From an uncultured Bacteroidales bacterium (GTDB lineage: Bacteria; Bacteroidota; Bacteroidia; Bacteroidales; UBA3824): 64,000 nt of DNA. The notes below the pieces were generated by a model, which was not told the DNA's origin, ran no database searches, and saw only the letters and a list, made by a program, of their open reading frames with translations. How positions within the stretch are numbered: the first letter of the stretch is position 1; each line of letters begins with the position of its first letter. The translations under genes were made by a program, and so were the position numbers. The stretch covers positions 7,589 to 71,588 of the forward strand of contig CALFIU010000053.1 of assembly GCA_937877455.1 (NCBI GenBank), given 5' to 3'. Positions 30,052-40,981 of this stretch are shown piece by piece.

Positions 30052-30660
30052 TCAAATATTTAACAATGAGTTTATCTGATTGGTAAGAAATTTCATATCT
30101 TCCTCTCTGTTTGGAAAATCAAGATTATCAGCATCAAGAACAAGAAGTTTCCCTCGCTTATAAGAAGAAATCCATTTTTCGTATTTTACATTAAGTTTTG
30201 TAAGATATTCAGGACTTATACCTTGCTCATACTCTCTGCCTCGCGATCTAATCTGTTTTAATAATGTGCTTACATTGGCTCTAAGATAAATGAGCAAATC
30301 TGGTGGTGAAATTAACGAACTCATAAGTTCAAAAATGCCAGTATAGTTTTTATAATCTCTACTACTCATCAAACCCATCTCATGAAGATTGGCAGCAAAA
30401 ATATACGCATCTTCATAAACAGTACGATCTTGCACAACATTTTTTCCCGAATTTCGAATTTCGAGTATTTTACTAAGCCTTGTTTGCAAAAAATAAATTT
30501 GTAATTCAAAAGCCCACCTTGGCATATCGTTATAAAAATCATTAAGATACGGATTGTTTTCTGTATCTTCATAATGCGGCACCCAACCATAATGCTGCGA
30601 CAAAAGATTTGCCAATGTTGTTTTTCCAGAACCGATGTTTCCGGCAATAGCAATATGCAT
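30052..30660 (-). CDS. Deoxynucleoside kinase
   Basis: P-loop IAGNIGSGKTTLA, a dNK-family ERS-like region (VQDRTVYED) and a length of 202 aa. Confidence 0.8.
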   Translation of the reverse strand: MHIAIAGNIGSGKTTLANLLSQHYGWVPHYEDTENNPYLNDFYNDMPRWAFELQIYFLQTRLSKILEIRNSGKNVVQDRTVYEDAYIFAANLHEMGLMSSRDYKNYTGIFELMSSLISPPDLLIYLRANVSTLLKQIRSRGREYEQGISPEYLTKLNVKYEKWISSYKRGKLLVLDADNLDFPNREEDMKFLTNQINSLLNI

Positions 30661-30908
30661 GATTAAATGTTTAGTTACTTTATAAAAAACAAAAGTAAAA
30701 AACTTTTCTTATAGAATAATTTTTTTTGAAAAAAATTATATTCCGTAGATTCAAACCTCAATAATTTATACAAGTTAACAAAAAAAATTACACATTATAT
30801 AAAGGTGTAAAATATGTTCTATATCAAGAAAATTAATAGTTTTCACAAAAAAAACATTCATTTGGTTGTCAGTTGCAAAAAATAAACGAAAAAATATAAT
30901 TTTGCACC

Positions 30909-32342
30909 ATGAAATCAAGTCAAAAAGAAGATTTACTCGGTTTAGTACGCAATGGTAGCCAAATGACATTGGCACAACAGTTAAAACTTACCGCAGAACT
31001 AAGCCTACCATCAATGATGGCGCAAATATCATTTATAATAATGCAATATATCGATGCAGCCATGGTAGGACAACTTGGTTCAGAATGTTCTGCAGCCGTA
31101 GGACTTGTAAACACAAGCACATGGCTTTTTTATGGTCTTGGAGAAAGCGCATCAACAGGTTTTTCTGTATTGGTAGCCCATAGGCTTGGCGCAAACGATG
31201 CCTTTTCTGCTCGACAAATTTTGCGGCAAGGATTATCAACATGCCTACTCGTATCAACTATTCTCATGGGTTTAGGGCTATCCATAAGTAGTAGTTTACC
31301 ATATTGGCTCGGTGGAGGTAGTGACATTGCACCAATGTCGACCGAATATTTTTGGATTTTTGCTCTAAGTATGCCATTTTTTCATATCAATTACATGGCA
31401 GCAAGCATGTTAAGAAGTAGCGGCAACATGAAAATACCAAGCATATTGAATGTAATAATGTGTTTTTTGGACGTTGTTTTCAACTTTTTTTTAATCTATC
31501 CCGACCGTCAAATAAGCATATTTTCGCATGAACTTGAAATATTTGGGTTTGGTCTTGGTGTTAAAGGAGCAGCCATGGGTACAGCACTTTCGCAAGTTGT
31601 AGGGTCGGTGTTTATGCTTGGATATTTGATTTTTAAATCAAAAGACCTTAAAATTTATGGCGAAAAGGGAAGTTTTATCCCACAGAAAAAATTTCTAAAA
31701 AACGCATTAAAAATAGGCATACCCATTGGGGTTGAACGCATTATAATGAGTTCGGCATACATTTGCCTAACAGCCATTATTGCACCACTTGGCAACATTG
31801 CCATTGCCGCCGACACATTTGCTGTAACAGTAGAAAGCCTTTGCTATATGCCTGGCTACGGAATAGCCGATGCAGCAACTACTCTTGTAGGACAAAGCAT
31901 TGGAGCGGGCAGACGAAGCCTTGCACGCAGATTTGGTTTTATAACTGTTTTTTGTGGAATAGGCGTAATGACAATAACTGCTGCAATAATGTATGCTTTT
32001 GCACCACAAATGATGCACCTAATGACACCAATAACTGAAATAAGCACTCTCGGAACAGAAATTTTAAGAATAGAAGCCTTTGCCGAACCAATGTTTGCAG
32101 CTGCAATAGTAGCTTACGGAGTGTTTGTTGGTGCTGGCGACTCTCTAACACCAAGCCTTATGAACTTACTAAGCATGTGGGGATTAAGAATAACATTTGC
32201 CGCATTTTTGGCTCCACAAATGGGTTTGAAAGGTGTTTGGATTGTAATGGCTGTTGAACTTTCAATACGTGGAATTTTATTTTTAATAAGGCTTAAATCA
32301 ACAAAATGGCTCAAAAACACTATTAAAGCCAAACTAAAATAA
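30909..32342 (+). CDS. MATE-family efflux transporter
   Basis: 477 aa, polytopic, with a MatE-like N-terminal helix (LSLPSMMAQISFIIMQYIDAAMVGQLG). A -7 box taattttg at 30897-30904 lies only 5 nt before this ATG, so the true start may be the downstream Met19. Confidence 0.8.
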   Translation: MKSSQKEDLLGLVRNGSQMTLAQQLKLTAELSLPSMMAQISFIIMQYIDAAMVGQLGSECSAAVGLVNTSTWLFYGLGESASTGFSVLVAHRLGANDAFSARQILRQGLSTCLLVSTILMGLGLSISSSLPYWLGGGSDIAPMSTEYFWIFALSMPFFHINYMAASMLRSSGNMKIPSILNVIMCFLDVVFNFFLIYPDRQISIFSHELEIFGFGLGVKGAAMGTALSQVVGSVFMLGYLIFKSKDLKIYGEKGSFIPQKKFLKNALKIGIPIGVERIIMSSAYICLTAIIAPLGNIAIAADTFAVTVESLCYMPGYGIADAATTLVGQSIGAGRRSLARRFGFITVFCGIGVMTITAAIMYAFAPQMMHLMTPITEISTLGTEILRIEAFAEPMFAAAIVAYGVFVGAGDSLTPSLMNLLSMWGLRITFAAFLAPQMGLKGVWIVMAVELSIRGILFLIRLKSTKWLKNTIKAKLK

Positions 32343-32431
32343 TTTTAATATAGCAATTTTTGCATTTGCCAACGTAAATTCTATCTTTGCAAGGCGTTTT
32401 ATTGGAAAAAATTGCCATGTAAAAAAAATTA

Positions 32432-33406
32432 TTGATGAAAAAAAACAAAATAAACAATATAAAATTAGCTTTTGTTTTTGTAATAACATTAATGCTATTT
32501 AATATACAACACACTGAAGGACAAAATCTTATAGGATTTCGCGGATTTTACCAACGTGCAACAGTAAGTTGCGACAGCATAAAAATGAAACGCAACATGA
32601 CAACAATATCAGGTGTTGGTGGTGGCATTGTTTACAAACATTTTGAACTCGGTCCGATAGGTTTTCAAGGAGAACTTAACTACGAAGAAAAAGGGTTTAA
32701 AATAAACAACACAGACACAACGTATTATAGCCAAAAAATGAAATACCTTTCTGTGCCATTGATGATGCATGTTGACATTGGTAAAAACGCTGTAAAAGCA
32801 ATTTTTGCCTTGGGTATTTACGGAGATTATTTATTAGAAAAACCCTCTATATCAACCAATTGTAACGGCAACTACGTTGGCATAGAACGAATAGTAAACG
32901 GCACGTGCAATAAATTTACCTTTGGATTAATTGGGCAAGCAGGAATTGCCGTATGCAGCAAAATTGGAGTTTTTCAACTCGAATTTAGAGCATCGCAAGG
33001 TATGAGCAAAACTATGAATCTTGGAGACTTGGCTCTTCTAAACTATCTAATGTCGCGAACTGTAGGTGTAAGTTTTGCTTACATGAAACCTTTTGGAGAG
33101 AAAAAGTATTACGAAAAAAGAATAAAACCAATCGACGACCAACCTATCAACATTAATCCAGCATTGGAAAAAACCGACAACACTAATAATAAAGAACAAG
33201 AAACTACAAAACCAAAAGAAAATTTAACAAATCCAGAATCGGATTTCGATTTTGAAGAACCTGACACAAATACGGAAACAACTCCAACACAAAACGAACA
33301 ATCTGTAAAAAATACATTGCAAGAACAACAAACATCAGAAAACCAAAACACTCAAGAACAAGAAAAAGTATCAGGAAATAAAAACAAAAGCAAAAAGAAA
33401 AAATAG
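32432..33406 (+). CDS. Outer-membrane beta-barrel (PorT/OmpA-like-barrel family) protein with a long low-complexity tail
   Basis: It has a signal peptide, alternating beta-strand patterning over about 210 aa, and then about 100 aa rich in E/Q/N/T/K. Confidence 0.6.
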   Translation: MMKKNKINNIKLAFVFVITLMLFNIQHTEGQNLIGFRGFYQRATVSCDSIKMKRNMTTISGVGGGIVYKHFELGPIGFQGELNYEEKGFKINNTDTTYYSQKMKYLSVPLMMHVDIGKNAVKAIFALGIYGDYLLEKPSISTNCNGNYVGIERIVNGTCNKFTFGLIGQAGIAVCSKIGVFQLEFRASQGMSKTMNLGDLALLNYLMSRTVGVSFAYMKPFGEKKYYEKRIKPIDDQPININPALEKTDNTNNKEQETTKPKENLTNPESDFDFEEPDTNTETTPTQNEQSVKNTLQEQQTSENQNTQEQEKVSGNKNKSKKKK

Positions 33407-33412
33407 CAAACA

Positions 33413-34126
33413 ATGGACAATTATGGCAAAATATACATGGTTCCAATGCACCTTGGAGCCGAAAATTTTACATATTACCTACCACCCGACGTTTTAGAAA
33501 TAATACGCAACATAAAATACTTTGTAGCAGAAAATGCAAAAACAGCGCGGCATTATTTCATTGCCCTTGGTATGCGCGATAGACTACAACAAATAACTGT
33601 TTATCAAATGGATAAGCATAACAAAAATTTTGACTGCACACAATATTTCAACGTTGTTAAAACTGGCGAAAATCTTGGTATAATATCAGAAGCAGGTTGT
33701 CCAGGAGTTGCCGATCCGGGAGCAAATGTAGTTGCAGCAGCCCATCAAGCAGGCGTAGACGTTGTGCCACTCGTTGGACCATCAAGCATTTTGTTATCGC
33801 TTATGGCCAGCGGACTTAACGGTCAAAGTTTTGCCTTTGTAGGATATTTGCCAGTAAAAAATCCAGAACGATCAAAATTTATAAAAAAAATTGAAGAACG
33901 CTCTAAAGAATTTAATCAAACACAAATTTTTATTGAAACACCATATCGAAATAACGCTTTTATAGAAACTCTTTGTAACACACTTAGCCCCAATACTTTG
34001 TTAACAATAGCCTGCGATATAACTCTTGAAACTGAATTTATAAAAACCAAAACAGTTTTGCAATGGAAAAAACAAAAAATCGACATTGACAAACGTCCTG
34101 CAATATTCCTAATTCTAAAAAAATAA
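33413..34126 (+). CDS. SAM-dependent methyltransferase (tetrapyrrole-methylase fold, RsmI-related)
   Basis: ISEAGCPGVADPG…VPLVGPSSILLSLMASGL motif. It is 237 aa long. Confidence 0.7.
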   Translation: MDNYGKIYMVPMHLGAENFTYYLPPDVLEIIRNIKYFVAENAKTARHYFIALGMRDRLQQITVYQMDKHNKNFDCTQYFNVVKTGENLGIISEAGCPGVADPGANVVAAAHQAGVDVVPLVGPSSILLSLMASGLNGQSFAFVGYLPVKNPERSKFIKKIEERSKEFNQTQIFIETPYRNNAFIETLCNTLSPNTLLTIACDITLETEFIKTKTVLQWKKQKIDIDKRPAIFLILKK

Positions 34127-34149
34127 AACTATATAGTTTTCAAACAACA

Positions 34150-34184
34150 AAATTGGTATTTTTTACAATAAAAAATACCAATTT
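34150..34184 (+). terminator. Terminator hairpin after the methyltransferase gene
   Basis: Perfect 15-bp stem aaattggtatttttt / aaaaaataccaattt with a 5-nt loop. Confidence 0.55.
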
Positions 34185-34278
34185 AAATACACACTATTTT
34201 TTTGTTTTTAAAAAAAAATTAAACCATTTTTGTAAACTAAAGTTACAAACACATTTTTTTTAAACTAAATTATAACTT

Positions 34279-36279
34279 ATGAAGAGATTATTATTGTCGG
34301 CAGCTATTGCTATATCGTTGTTTAGCGCAGTTAAAGCCGACGTTAAAATGCCTTCGCTGTTTACAGATGGAATGGTATTACAGCAAAACTGCAAAGCCGC
34401 AGTTTGGGGATTTGCCTCCCCTGGCGAAAAAATTACAGTTTCAAACACTTGGAACAACGATAGTCAAACCGTAACTGCCGGAAACGATGGAAAATGGAAA
34501 GTTAATATAAAAACAACTTCTGCTGGCGGGCCATACGCATTAATAATAAAAGGCAATAACACAATTTTTATCAACGATGTACTTTTGGGAGAAGTTTGGT
34601 TGGCATCGGGACAGAGTAACATGGAAATGCCAATGGAAGGTTGGTTGCCAGAATGTCCAGTAAAAAACGGTCCTCAAGACATAGCCAACTCCAATAATCC
34701 CAAGATTAGGATTTTTATGGTACAACGCGGCGTAAGTTTTGTGCCCAAAGACGATTTAGAAGGTCAATGGAAACAAGCCAATCCCGAAAATACCCCAAAA
34801 TTTGGTGCCACTTGCTACTATTTTGCAAAAAAACTAAATTCAGAACTTGGCATCCCCGTAGGAATAATTAACACATCATGGGGCGGAACACCAGACGAAA
34901 GCTGGATTCCTGAAGATTTTATAAAAAACGTTCCAGAATACACTCAAACCGTCAAAGATATAAACGCATCTAAAGATAAAGCCGACGAAAAAGAAAAATG
35001 GACACTTTCTCGCCCACATGTAGAACGTCGCGACATGCCGTGGGAAAAAATCGACCTTGGCGACCAAAAAATTTCAGACAAAGCATTTGACGATAACGCT
35101 TGGAAAACCATGACACTACCCAAAAGTTGGGAAAACGATGTCATAAAAACTTTTGACGGTGTAGTTTGGTTTCGCAAAAAAATAAACATTACCCCCGAAA
35201 TGAGCGGAAAAGAATTGATAATTTCGCTCGGTGCAATCGACGATATGGACATCACCTATTTCAACGGCAAAGAAATAGGCAAATGTATGCTCGATGGCTT
35301 TTGGCAAAAAGAACGCATCTACACCGTTCCCGCTGCTGATGTTAAAACTGGCGAAGCCGTAATTGCGGTAAGAGTACTCGATACTCAAGGAGGTGGTGGC
35401 ATTTGCGGAAACGCCAACAGCATGAAATATTATACTAAGGGCAACGAAAAAAATGCAATTTCTCTTGCTGGAAATTGGAAATTTTTGCCCACAGCTGAAC
35501 TTAAAAGCAATGTTTTCTACAAATTTAACATCGATAACCAAGAATTTTATCAACGTCCTACACTTCCAGCAGAACTTGGCGAGATGACTGCCACTTGTTT
35601 ATATAACGCAATGGTTGCACCCATAGCTGGTTACAATATTGCTGGGGCTATTTGGTATCAAGGAGAAGCCAATGTAGGCAGAGCAGAAGAATATTCGCGC
35701 ACGTTTCCAATAATGATTAACTCATGGCGCAATAAATGGGACATCGGCGACTTCCCATTTTATTTTGTACAAATTGCTCCATGGGATTATGGTCAAGGAC
35801 AATCGCAAGAAATACGTGAAGCACAACGACTTAGCCTAAATGTAAAAAACACAGGTATGGCAGTAACTCTCGACATTGGCGATAACGATAATATCCATCC
35901 CGCCGACAAAATAACGGTAGGCGAAAGATTAGCACTTTGGGCATTTAAAGATGTTTACGGTAAAAACAACGTATGCAGCGGTCCACTTTTTAAAAGTCAA
36001 TCGATTAATAGTAACAAAATAACCCTTACTTTTGACTATGCCGACGGATTAAAAGCCATAGGCGGAACACTCAAAGACTTTGAAATTGCTGGCAAAGACG
36101 GCAAATACTATTCTGCAACAGCCGAAATAAAAGACGGCAAAGTAGAAGTTTACTCCGAAAAAGTAAAAAAACCGCTTTCAGTGCGCTACCTTTGGAAAAA
36201 CACCGTTGACAAACCTACACTTTTTAACGGTGCCGGACTTCCTGCAAGTTCTTTCCAATCAACAAGATGTTGGAAATAA
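34279..36279 (+). CDS. Sialate O-acetylesterase-family (SASA/SGNH) carbohydrate esterase
   Basis: Signal peptide, GEVWLASGQSNME and GAIWYQGEAN motifs, and a length of 666 aa. Confidence 0.8.
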   Translation: MKRLLLSAAIAISLFSAVKADVKMPSLFTDGMVLQQNCKAAVWGFASPGEKITVSNTWNNDSQTVTAGNDGKWKVNIKTTSAGGPYALIIKGNNTIFINDVLLGEVWLASGQSNMEMPMEGWLPECPVKNGPQDIANSNNPKIRIFMVQRGVSFVPKDDLEGQWKQANPENTPKFGATCYYFAKKLNSELGIPVGIINTSWGGTPDESWIPEDFIKNVPEYTQTVKDINASKDKADEKEKWTLSRPHVERRDMPWEKIDLGDQKISDKAFDDNAWKTMTLPKSWENDVIKTFDGVVWFRKKINITPEMSGKELIISLGAIDDMDITYFNGKEIGKCMLDGFWQKERIYTVPAADVKTGEAVIAVRVLDTQGGGGICGNANSMKYYTKGNEKNAISLAGNWKFLPTAELKSNVFYKFNIDNQEFYQRPTLPAELGEMTATCLYNAMVAPIAGYNIAGAIWYQGEANVGRAEEYSRTFPIMINSWRNKWDIGDFPFYFVQIAPWDYGQGQSQEIREAQRLSLNVKNTGMAVTLDIGDNDNIHPADKITVGERLALWAFKDVYGKNNVCSGPLFKSQSINSNKITLTFDYADGLKAIGGTLKDFEIAGKDGKYYSATAEIKDGKVEVYSEKVKKPLSVRYLWKNTVDKPTLFNGAGLPASSFQSTRCWK

Positions 36280-36290
36280 GATTTTAAACC

Positions 36291-36341
36291 AAGGATTATG
36301 AAAATATCAAAAACTTTATAATTTTTCATAATCCTTTTTTT
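36291..36341 (+). terminator. Rho-independent terminator
   Basis: 14-bp stem aaggattatgaaaa / ttttcataatcctt followed by ttttt. Confidence 0.6.
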
Positions 36342-36386
36342 ATCTTTGAGCAGACAGAATTTGGTTAAACTTTAATTACTATTACA

Positions 36387-37823
36387 ATGAAAAAATTTTC
36401 ACTAATATTACTATTAGCCTTTGCAATAATTTCTGCATTAAACTCATGCGACAAAGACGACAGCAACAACTCCGAAACCTCAGAAATACAAGTGTTATCC
36501 ACCTCACCAACCGACGGAGAAACCGACGTTCCTTCAGGAACTAACCAAGCAGAAATAACTTATAATCAGGATATTAGTTATTCCGTAATCAATGGCAGCG
36601 TAACCGTCAACGGTGAAAAAGCAAGTTTTTCAAAAGAAGGGAACAACAAACTTAAAATAACAGGATTTACAGTAAAACCCGGTAACACATACAAAATAGT
36701 TGTAACCGCAGGTACAGTTGTTGGTTACGACAAAGAATTTACGTTTTCATTTTCGGGAAAAACCATTACAACAAGTGGAGAAATAAAAACAACAGCCATA
36801 AACTCTTCCAACACCAACGTACAAAAAGTTTACGAATTTTTGTACCAAAACTATGGGAAAAAAATAATATCAGGAGCAATGGCTACCAACACACTGCCTC
36901 AAGCAGAAGCCGACCTTGTAAAAGAAGCCACAGGAAAATATCCCGCAATGTTAACATTCGATTTCATATTCAGCAATCTTACATCAGAACGTAGTTCGTG
37001 GGAACAAGCATCAATCTACCAAAAAGACGAAAACATAGCCATTTACGAAAACCATTGGAAAGCAGGTGGCATTGTATCAGCATGTTGGCATCTCAACGCC
37101 CCTCCATCAGAATCGGCAGCAGCATACAACCAAGTTAACAATTCAGACATTTCTTGGAACGCTAAAACAGATGGTTTTTCTGCCGCAAATGCTACTAAAG
37201 ATGGCTGTTGGGAAAAAGAATTTCTTGATTTTTCGTTAGAAATAGTAGCCAAAGACCTTAAAATTTACAAAGACAAAGACATACCCGTTGTATGGCGACC
37301 ATTTCACGAAGCCGCTGGTCACAACGGCAACTATAACCAATACGGTTGGTTTTGGTGGGGAAAATCTGGCGCAGAAGCATACGTAAAACTATGGAAATAC
37401 ATGTTTGATTATTTCAAAAACAAAGGACTTGACAATCTAATATGGGTTTGGAACACCCAATACAGCAACACAACGCCACTTGATTACGATTGGTATCCGG
37501 GCAACGACTATGTTGACATTGTAGCTTGCGACATTTACGAAAAAACAGCAGCCGAATGTGCTGAACAATACGCATTACTAACCGAAATTTGGTCTGACAA
37601 AATAATCGCACTCAGCGAAAACGGCTCAATCGGCAACATTAGCCAAATTTGGAACGAAGGCGGAACATTCTCATACTTTATGCCGTGGTACACATACGAT
37701 GAATCAAACTCAGGTGGCGTATTAACCGACCTCAACAAATCTATCCACGCTAAAACCGCATGGTGGGAAGATGCAGCCAATTGCGAAAACGTAATTTTTA
37801 GAGAAGATATGCCAGGTTGGTAA
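36387..37823 (+). CDS. Glycoside hydrolase family 26 (beta-mannanase-like) lipoprotein with an N-terminal Ig-like domain
   Basis: Lipobox (LNSC) and GH26 signatures WRPFHEAAG…WFWWG and …ALSENG. Confidence 0.75.
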   Translation: MKKFSLILLLAFAIISALNSCDKDDSNNSETSEIQVLSTSPTDGETDVPSGTNQAEITYNQDISYSVINGSVTVNGEKASFSKEGNNKLKITGFTVKPGNTYKIVVTAGTVVGYDKEFTFSFSGKTITTSGEIKTTAINSSNTNVQKVYEFLYQNYGKKIISGAMATNTLPQAEADLVKEATGKYPAMLTFDFIFSNLTSERSSWEQASIYQKDENIAIYENHWKAGGIVSACWHLNAPPSESAAAYNQVNNSDISWNAKTDGFSAANATKDGCWEKEFLDFSLEIVAKDLKIYKDKDIPVVWRPFHEAAGHNGNYNQYGWFWWGKSGAEAYVKLWKYMFDYFKNKGLDNLIWVWNTQYSNTTPLDYDWYPGNDYVDIVACDIYEKTAAECAEQYALLTEIWSDKIIALSENGSIGNISQIWNEGGTFSYFMPWYTYDESNSGGVLTDLNKSIHAKTAWWEDAANCENVIFREDMPGW

Positions 37824-37926
37824 AAACAATTTTTACAGCCTTAGCCTAAAAAACTAAGGCTATTGAAACAAATAATAAAAATAAGAACGTAAAAAACAAA
37901 GGACATTTCTTTTGAAAATATAAAAA

Positions 37927-39126
37927 ATGGATAAAAAAATTGTTACACTAAAAGAAGAAACAACCCAAGAACTAAGCAATATTCTCAATTTTTGGGCAAA
38001 AAACACAATTGATGAAACCAATGGAGGATTTATTGGTGCAATAGACGGCGATGGCACAAAACATCCCGAAGCCGAAAAAGGTGCAGTTCTCAACGCAAGA
38101 ATCCTGTGGTCTTACTCGGCAGCATACCGCATCACCAAAAACGAAGAATATCTAAAACTTGCAAAACGAGCATTAGAATACAACATAAAACATTTTTTTG
38201 ACAGAAAAAATGGCGGTTCATATTGGATGCTAACCCCCGAAGGCAAACCATCAAACACACGTAAACAAATCTACGCAATAGCCTTTTTGATTTATGGCAT
38301 ATCAGAATACGTCAGAGCCACTGGCGACGAAAAACCATTGAGTTATGCTCAAGACCTTTTTATTGCCATAGAACGCTATAGTTTTGATAAACAAAACAAT
38401 GGCTACATAGAAGCACTTTCAGAAGATTGGCAAACCCTTGAAGATATGCGTTTGAGCGACAAAGACGCAAATTCGCCAAAATCTATGAACACACACCTTC
38501 ACATTCTTGAAGCATACGCATGCTTATATAGAGTATGGAAAGACGTAGAACTTGAGCAACAACTAAAAAACCTCATCGAAGTTTTCCTTGATAAAATTAT
38601 TGACCAACAACACGGATTTTTCAATCTGTTTTTTTCAATGGATTGGAAACATGAATCACAAATTAACTCATACGGACACGACATTGAAGGATCGTGGTTA
38701 CTATGGGAAGCCGCAGAAGTACTTGGAGACCAACAAGTTTTGCAACGAGTAAAACCTGTAATTTTAAAAATGGCAGAACAAGCCCTTAGAGATGGAATAG
38801 ACCATGAGGATGGCGGCATGATGAACGATGGTTTATTTGGTAAAATAGAAGACAGCGACAAACATTGGTGGCCACAAGCCGAAAGTGTTATTGGATTTTT
38901 TAACGCTTGGCAACTCTCAAACGACGAAAAATTCTTACAAGCAAGCATCAACTCTTGGAATTTTATCAAATCATATATAATCGACCACCAAAAAGGCGAA
39001 TGGTTTTGGCGTGTAAGCCGCACACATCAAGTTTATACCCAAGAACAAAAAACTGGACCTTGGAAATGCCCATATCACAACAGCCGTATGTGCATGGAAA
39101 TTATCGAAAGAATAAATAGTTTATAA
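37927..39126 (+). CDS. AGE-family epimerase (N-acylglucosamine / cellobiose-mannobiose 2-epimerase)
   Basis: 399 aa with an alpha/alpha-barrel repeat pattern. The N-terminal region (ILNFWAKNTIDETNGGF), a central YGHDIEGSWLL motif and a C-terminal PWKCPYHNSRMC motif are typical of AGE/CE enzymes. Confidence 0.75.
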   Translation: MDKKIVTLKEETTQELSNILNFWAKNTIDETNGGFIGAIDGDGTKHPEAEKGAVLNARILWSYSAAYRITKNEEYLKLAKRALEYNIKHFFDRKNGGSYWMLTPEGKPSNTRKQIYAIAFLIYGISEYVRATGDEKPLSYAQDLFIAIERYSFDKQNNGYIEALSEDWQTLEDMRLSDKDANSPKSMNTHLHILEAYACLYRVWKDVELEQQLKNLIEVFLDKIIDQQHGFFNLFFSMDWKHESQINSYGHDIEGSWLLWEAAEVLGDQQVLQRVKPVILKMAEQALRDGIDHEDGGMMNDGLFGKIEDSDKHWWPQAESVIGFFNAWQLSNDEKFLQASINSWNFIKSYIIDHQKGEWFWRVSRTHQVYTQEQKTGPWKCPYHNSRMCMEIIERINSL

Positions 39127-39133
39127 TACAAAT

Positions 39134-39173
39134 AGTGTTGTCAAAAAGTAAAGAGATACTTTTTGACAACACT
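39134..39173 (+). terminator. Rho-independent terminator
   Basis: 17-bp stem agtgttgtcaaaaagta / tactttttgacaacact followed by a T-rich tail. Confidence 0.65.
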
Positions 39174-39262
39174 TTCTATTTTTGTTGAAAATTAAAAAAA
39201 ATTCAACAAAAAGTTGAATTACAAAAATTGCCAATAAATACAATAGGACACGGCATATAAAA

Positions 39263-39994
39263 ATGCGTTACATACTAACCCTCGCCTACAATGGCGACAA
39301 CTACCACGGTTGGCAAATACAACCCAACGCCACCACAGTGCAACAAACTCTCAACAATTGTTTTTCGCTCTTGCTAAAACAAGAAATAGATATGCTCGGT
39401 TGTGGACGCACCGACACAGGTGTACACGCAAGTATGTTTGTTGCACATTTTGATGTAGAACAAGAAATACAAGACACAGAAAAATTGCTTATTAAAGCAA
39501 ATAAATTCTTACCCAAAGACATAGCAATTTATAAAATAGAAAAAACATCGAATGATTTCAATGCCAGATTTAGCGCAAAAAGTAGAACCTACCGCTATCT
39601 CGTTCACACAAAAAAAGACCCATTTTTAAACAAAATTTCGTGGTTTTACCCCTACCCCCTCGACATTAACATAATGAACGAAGCTTGCAAAACATTAAAA
39701 AAATACAAAGATTTTTCTTGTTTTGCCAAATCGGGAGGACAAACTGCAACCAATTTTTGCGACATTTATTCAGCACAATGGCAACTATTCGACAATTACA
39801 AATATACATTCACAATCTCTGCCAATAGATTTTTGCGCAATATGGTACGCGCAATAACAGGAACAATGATAGAACTTGGAACTCACAAAATAGACCTTGT
39901 AGGCTTTGAAAACATCATAAACTCCAAAAACCGTAGCAACGCAGGCGCAAGCGTTCCCGCACAAGCATTAACTCTAATTGACGTTGAATATTAA
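39263..39994 (+). CDS. truA: tRNA pseudouridine(38-40) synthase
   Basis: MRYILTLAYNGDNYHGWQIQPN…GCGRTDTGVHA, containing the catalytic Asp motif. Confidence 0.9.
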   Translation: MRYILTLAYNGDNYHGWQIQPNATTVQQTLNNCFSLLLKQEIDMLGCGRTDTGVHASMFVAHFDVEQEIQDTEKLLIKANKFLPKDIAIYKIEKTSNDFNARFSAKSRTYRYLVHTKKDPFLNKISWFYPYPLDINIMNEACKTLKKYKDFSCFAKSGGQTATNFCDIYSAQWQLFDNYKYTFTISANRFLRNMVRAITGTMIELGTHKIDLVGFENIINSKNRSNAGASVPAQALTLIDVEY

Positions 39995-40172
39995 CAAAAA
40001 AAAAACCACAACCTACATAAAAAAATACAACAAATAACCATATCAAACAATAAAAAATTATACATTTTCAAAAAAAACTGAATATTTATCGAAAATATTT
40101 TTTTATATAAATTTTATTTTCTAAATTGGTAGTCGAAAATTTAAAATAATAAACCTACTAATTTTTAACAAG

Positions 40173-40580
40173 ATGGCTTATAAAATTATTGACGTAGAAG
40201 GCATCGGCGAAATTTACGCCGAAAAATTAATTGCGGCAGGTATCGAAACCGCAGAAATACTATTAGAAAAATGTGCCGCACCCGCAGGACGCAAAACATT
40301 AGCAGAGCAAACTGGTATTTCGGAAAAACTAATTCTCAAATGGACTAACCATGCCGATTTGTTTAGAATAAACGGTGTAGGACCGCAATTTGCAGAATTG
40401 CTCGAAGCCGCTGGCGTTGACACTGTTAAAGAATTTAGACACAGAGTTGCAGCCAATTTAAAAGCAAAAATGGACGAAGTTAACGAAGAAAAACACCTTT
40501 GCGGTAGAGTTCCTTCTGAGGTTGAAATCCAAAAAATGATTGACCAAGCAAAAGAGCTTCCTCCAACAATGACTTATTAA
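40173..40580 (+). CDS. DUF4332-domain protein (helix-hairpin-helix-like)
   Basis: IDVEGIGEIYAEKLIAAGI… and …INGVGPQFAELLEAAGVDTV repeats. It is 135 aa long. Confidence 0.6.
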   Translation: MAYKIIDVEGIGEIYAEKLIAAGIETAEILLEKCAAPAGRKTLAEQTGISEKLILKWTNHADLFRINGVGPQFAELLEAAGVDTVKEFRHRVAANLKAKMDEVNEEKHLCGRVPSEVEIQKMIDQAKELPPTMTY

Positions 40581-40981
40581 AAAAGTTGGAATAAAAAAAC
40601 ACCCAAAAAATTCCAAAATAAATAAGTTTTGACTTAAAATAAAGGCTATCCAAAATTAGAAAAAAAACAAAACAAAAATATGTATAATCTACTTTTGGAT
40701 TGCCTTGTTTTTTGAATTTAAAGTATAATCCTCAAAAAAAACAATCAATAATAAGTTATCAACTTGAAAATAAATTATTTAAGGGGAACAAAACGCAACG
40801 ATAACTTACTATAAATCAAAATATTATTTTTTTTACTTGAAAATTGTAAAAAATTATTTGAAAAAATATGCAAAAAAAACATACAAAAGTTAGGTTATTC
40901 CGCTTAAATAAGTAATTTTGCCACCACTATAAACAATTAAACCGCCCCTTTAATGGGCATAACATTAAAAAACGTAAGAAA

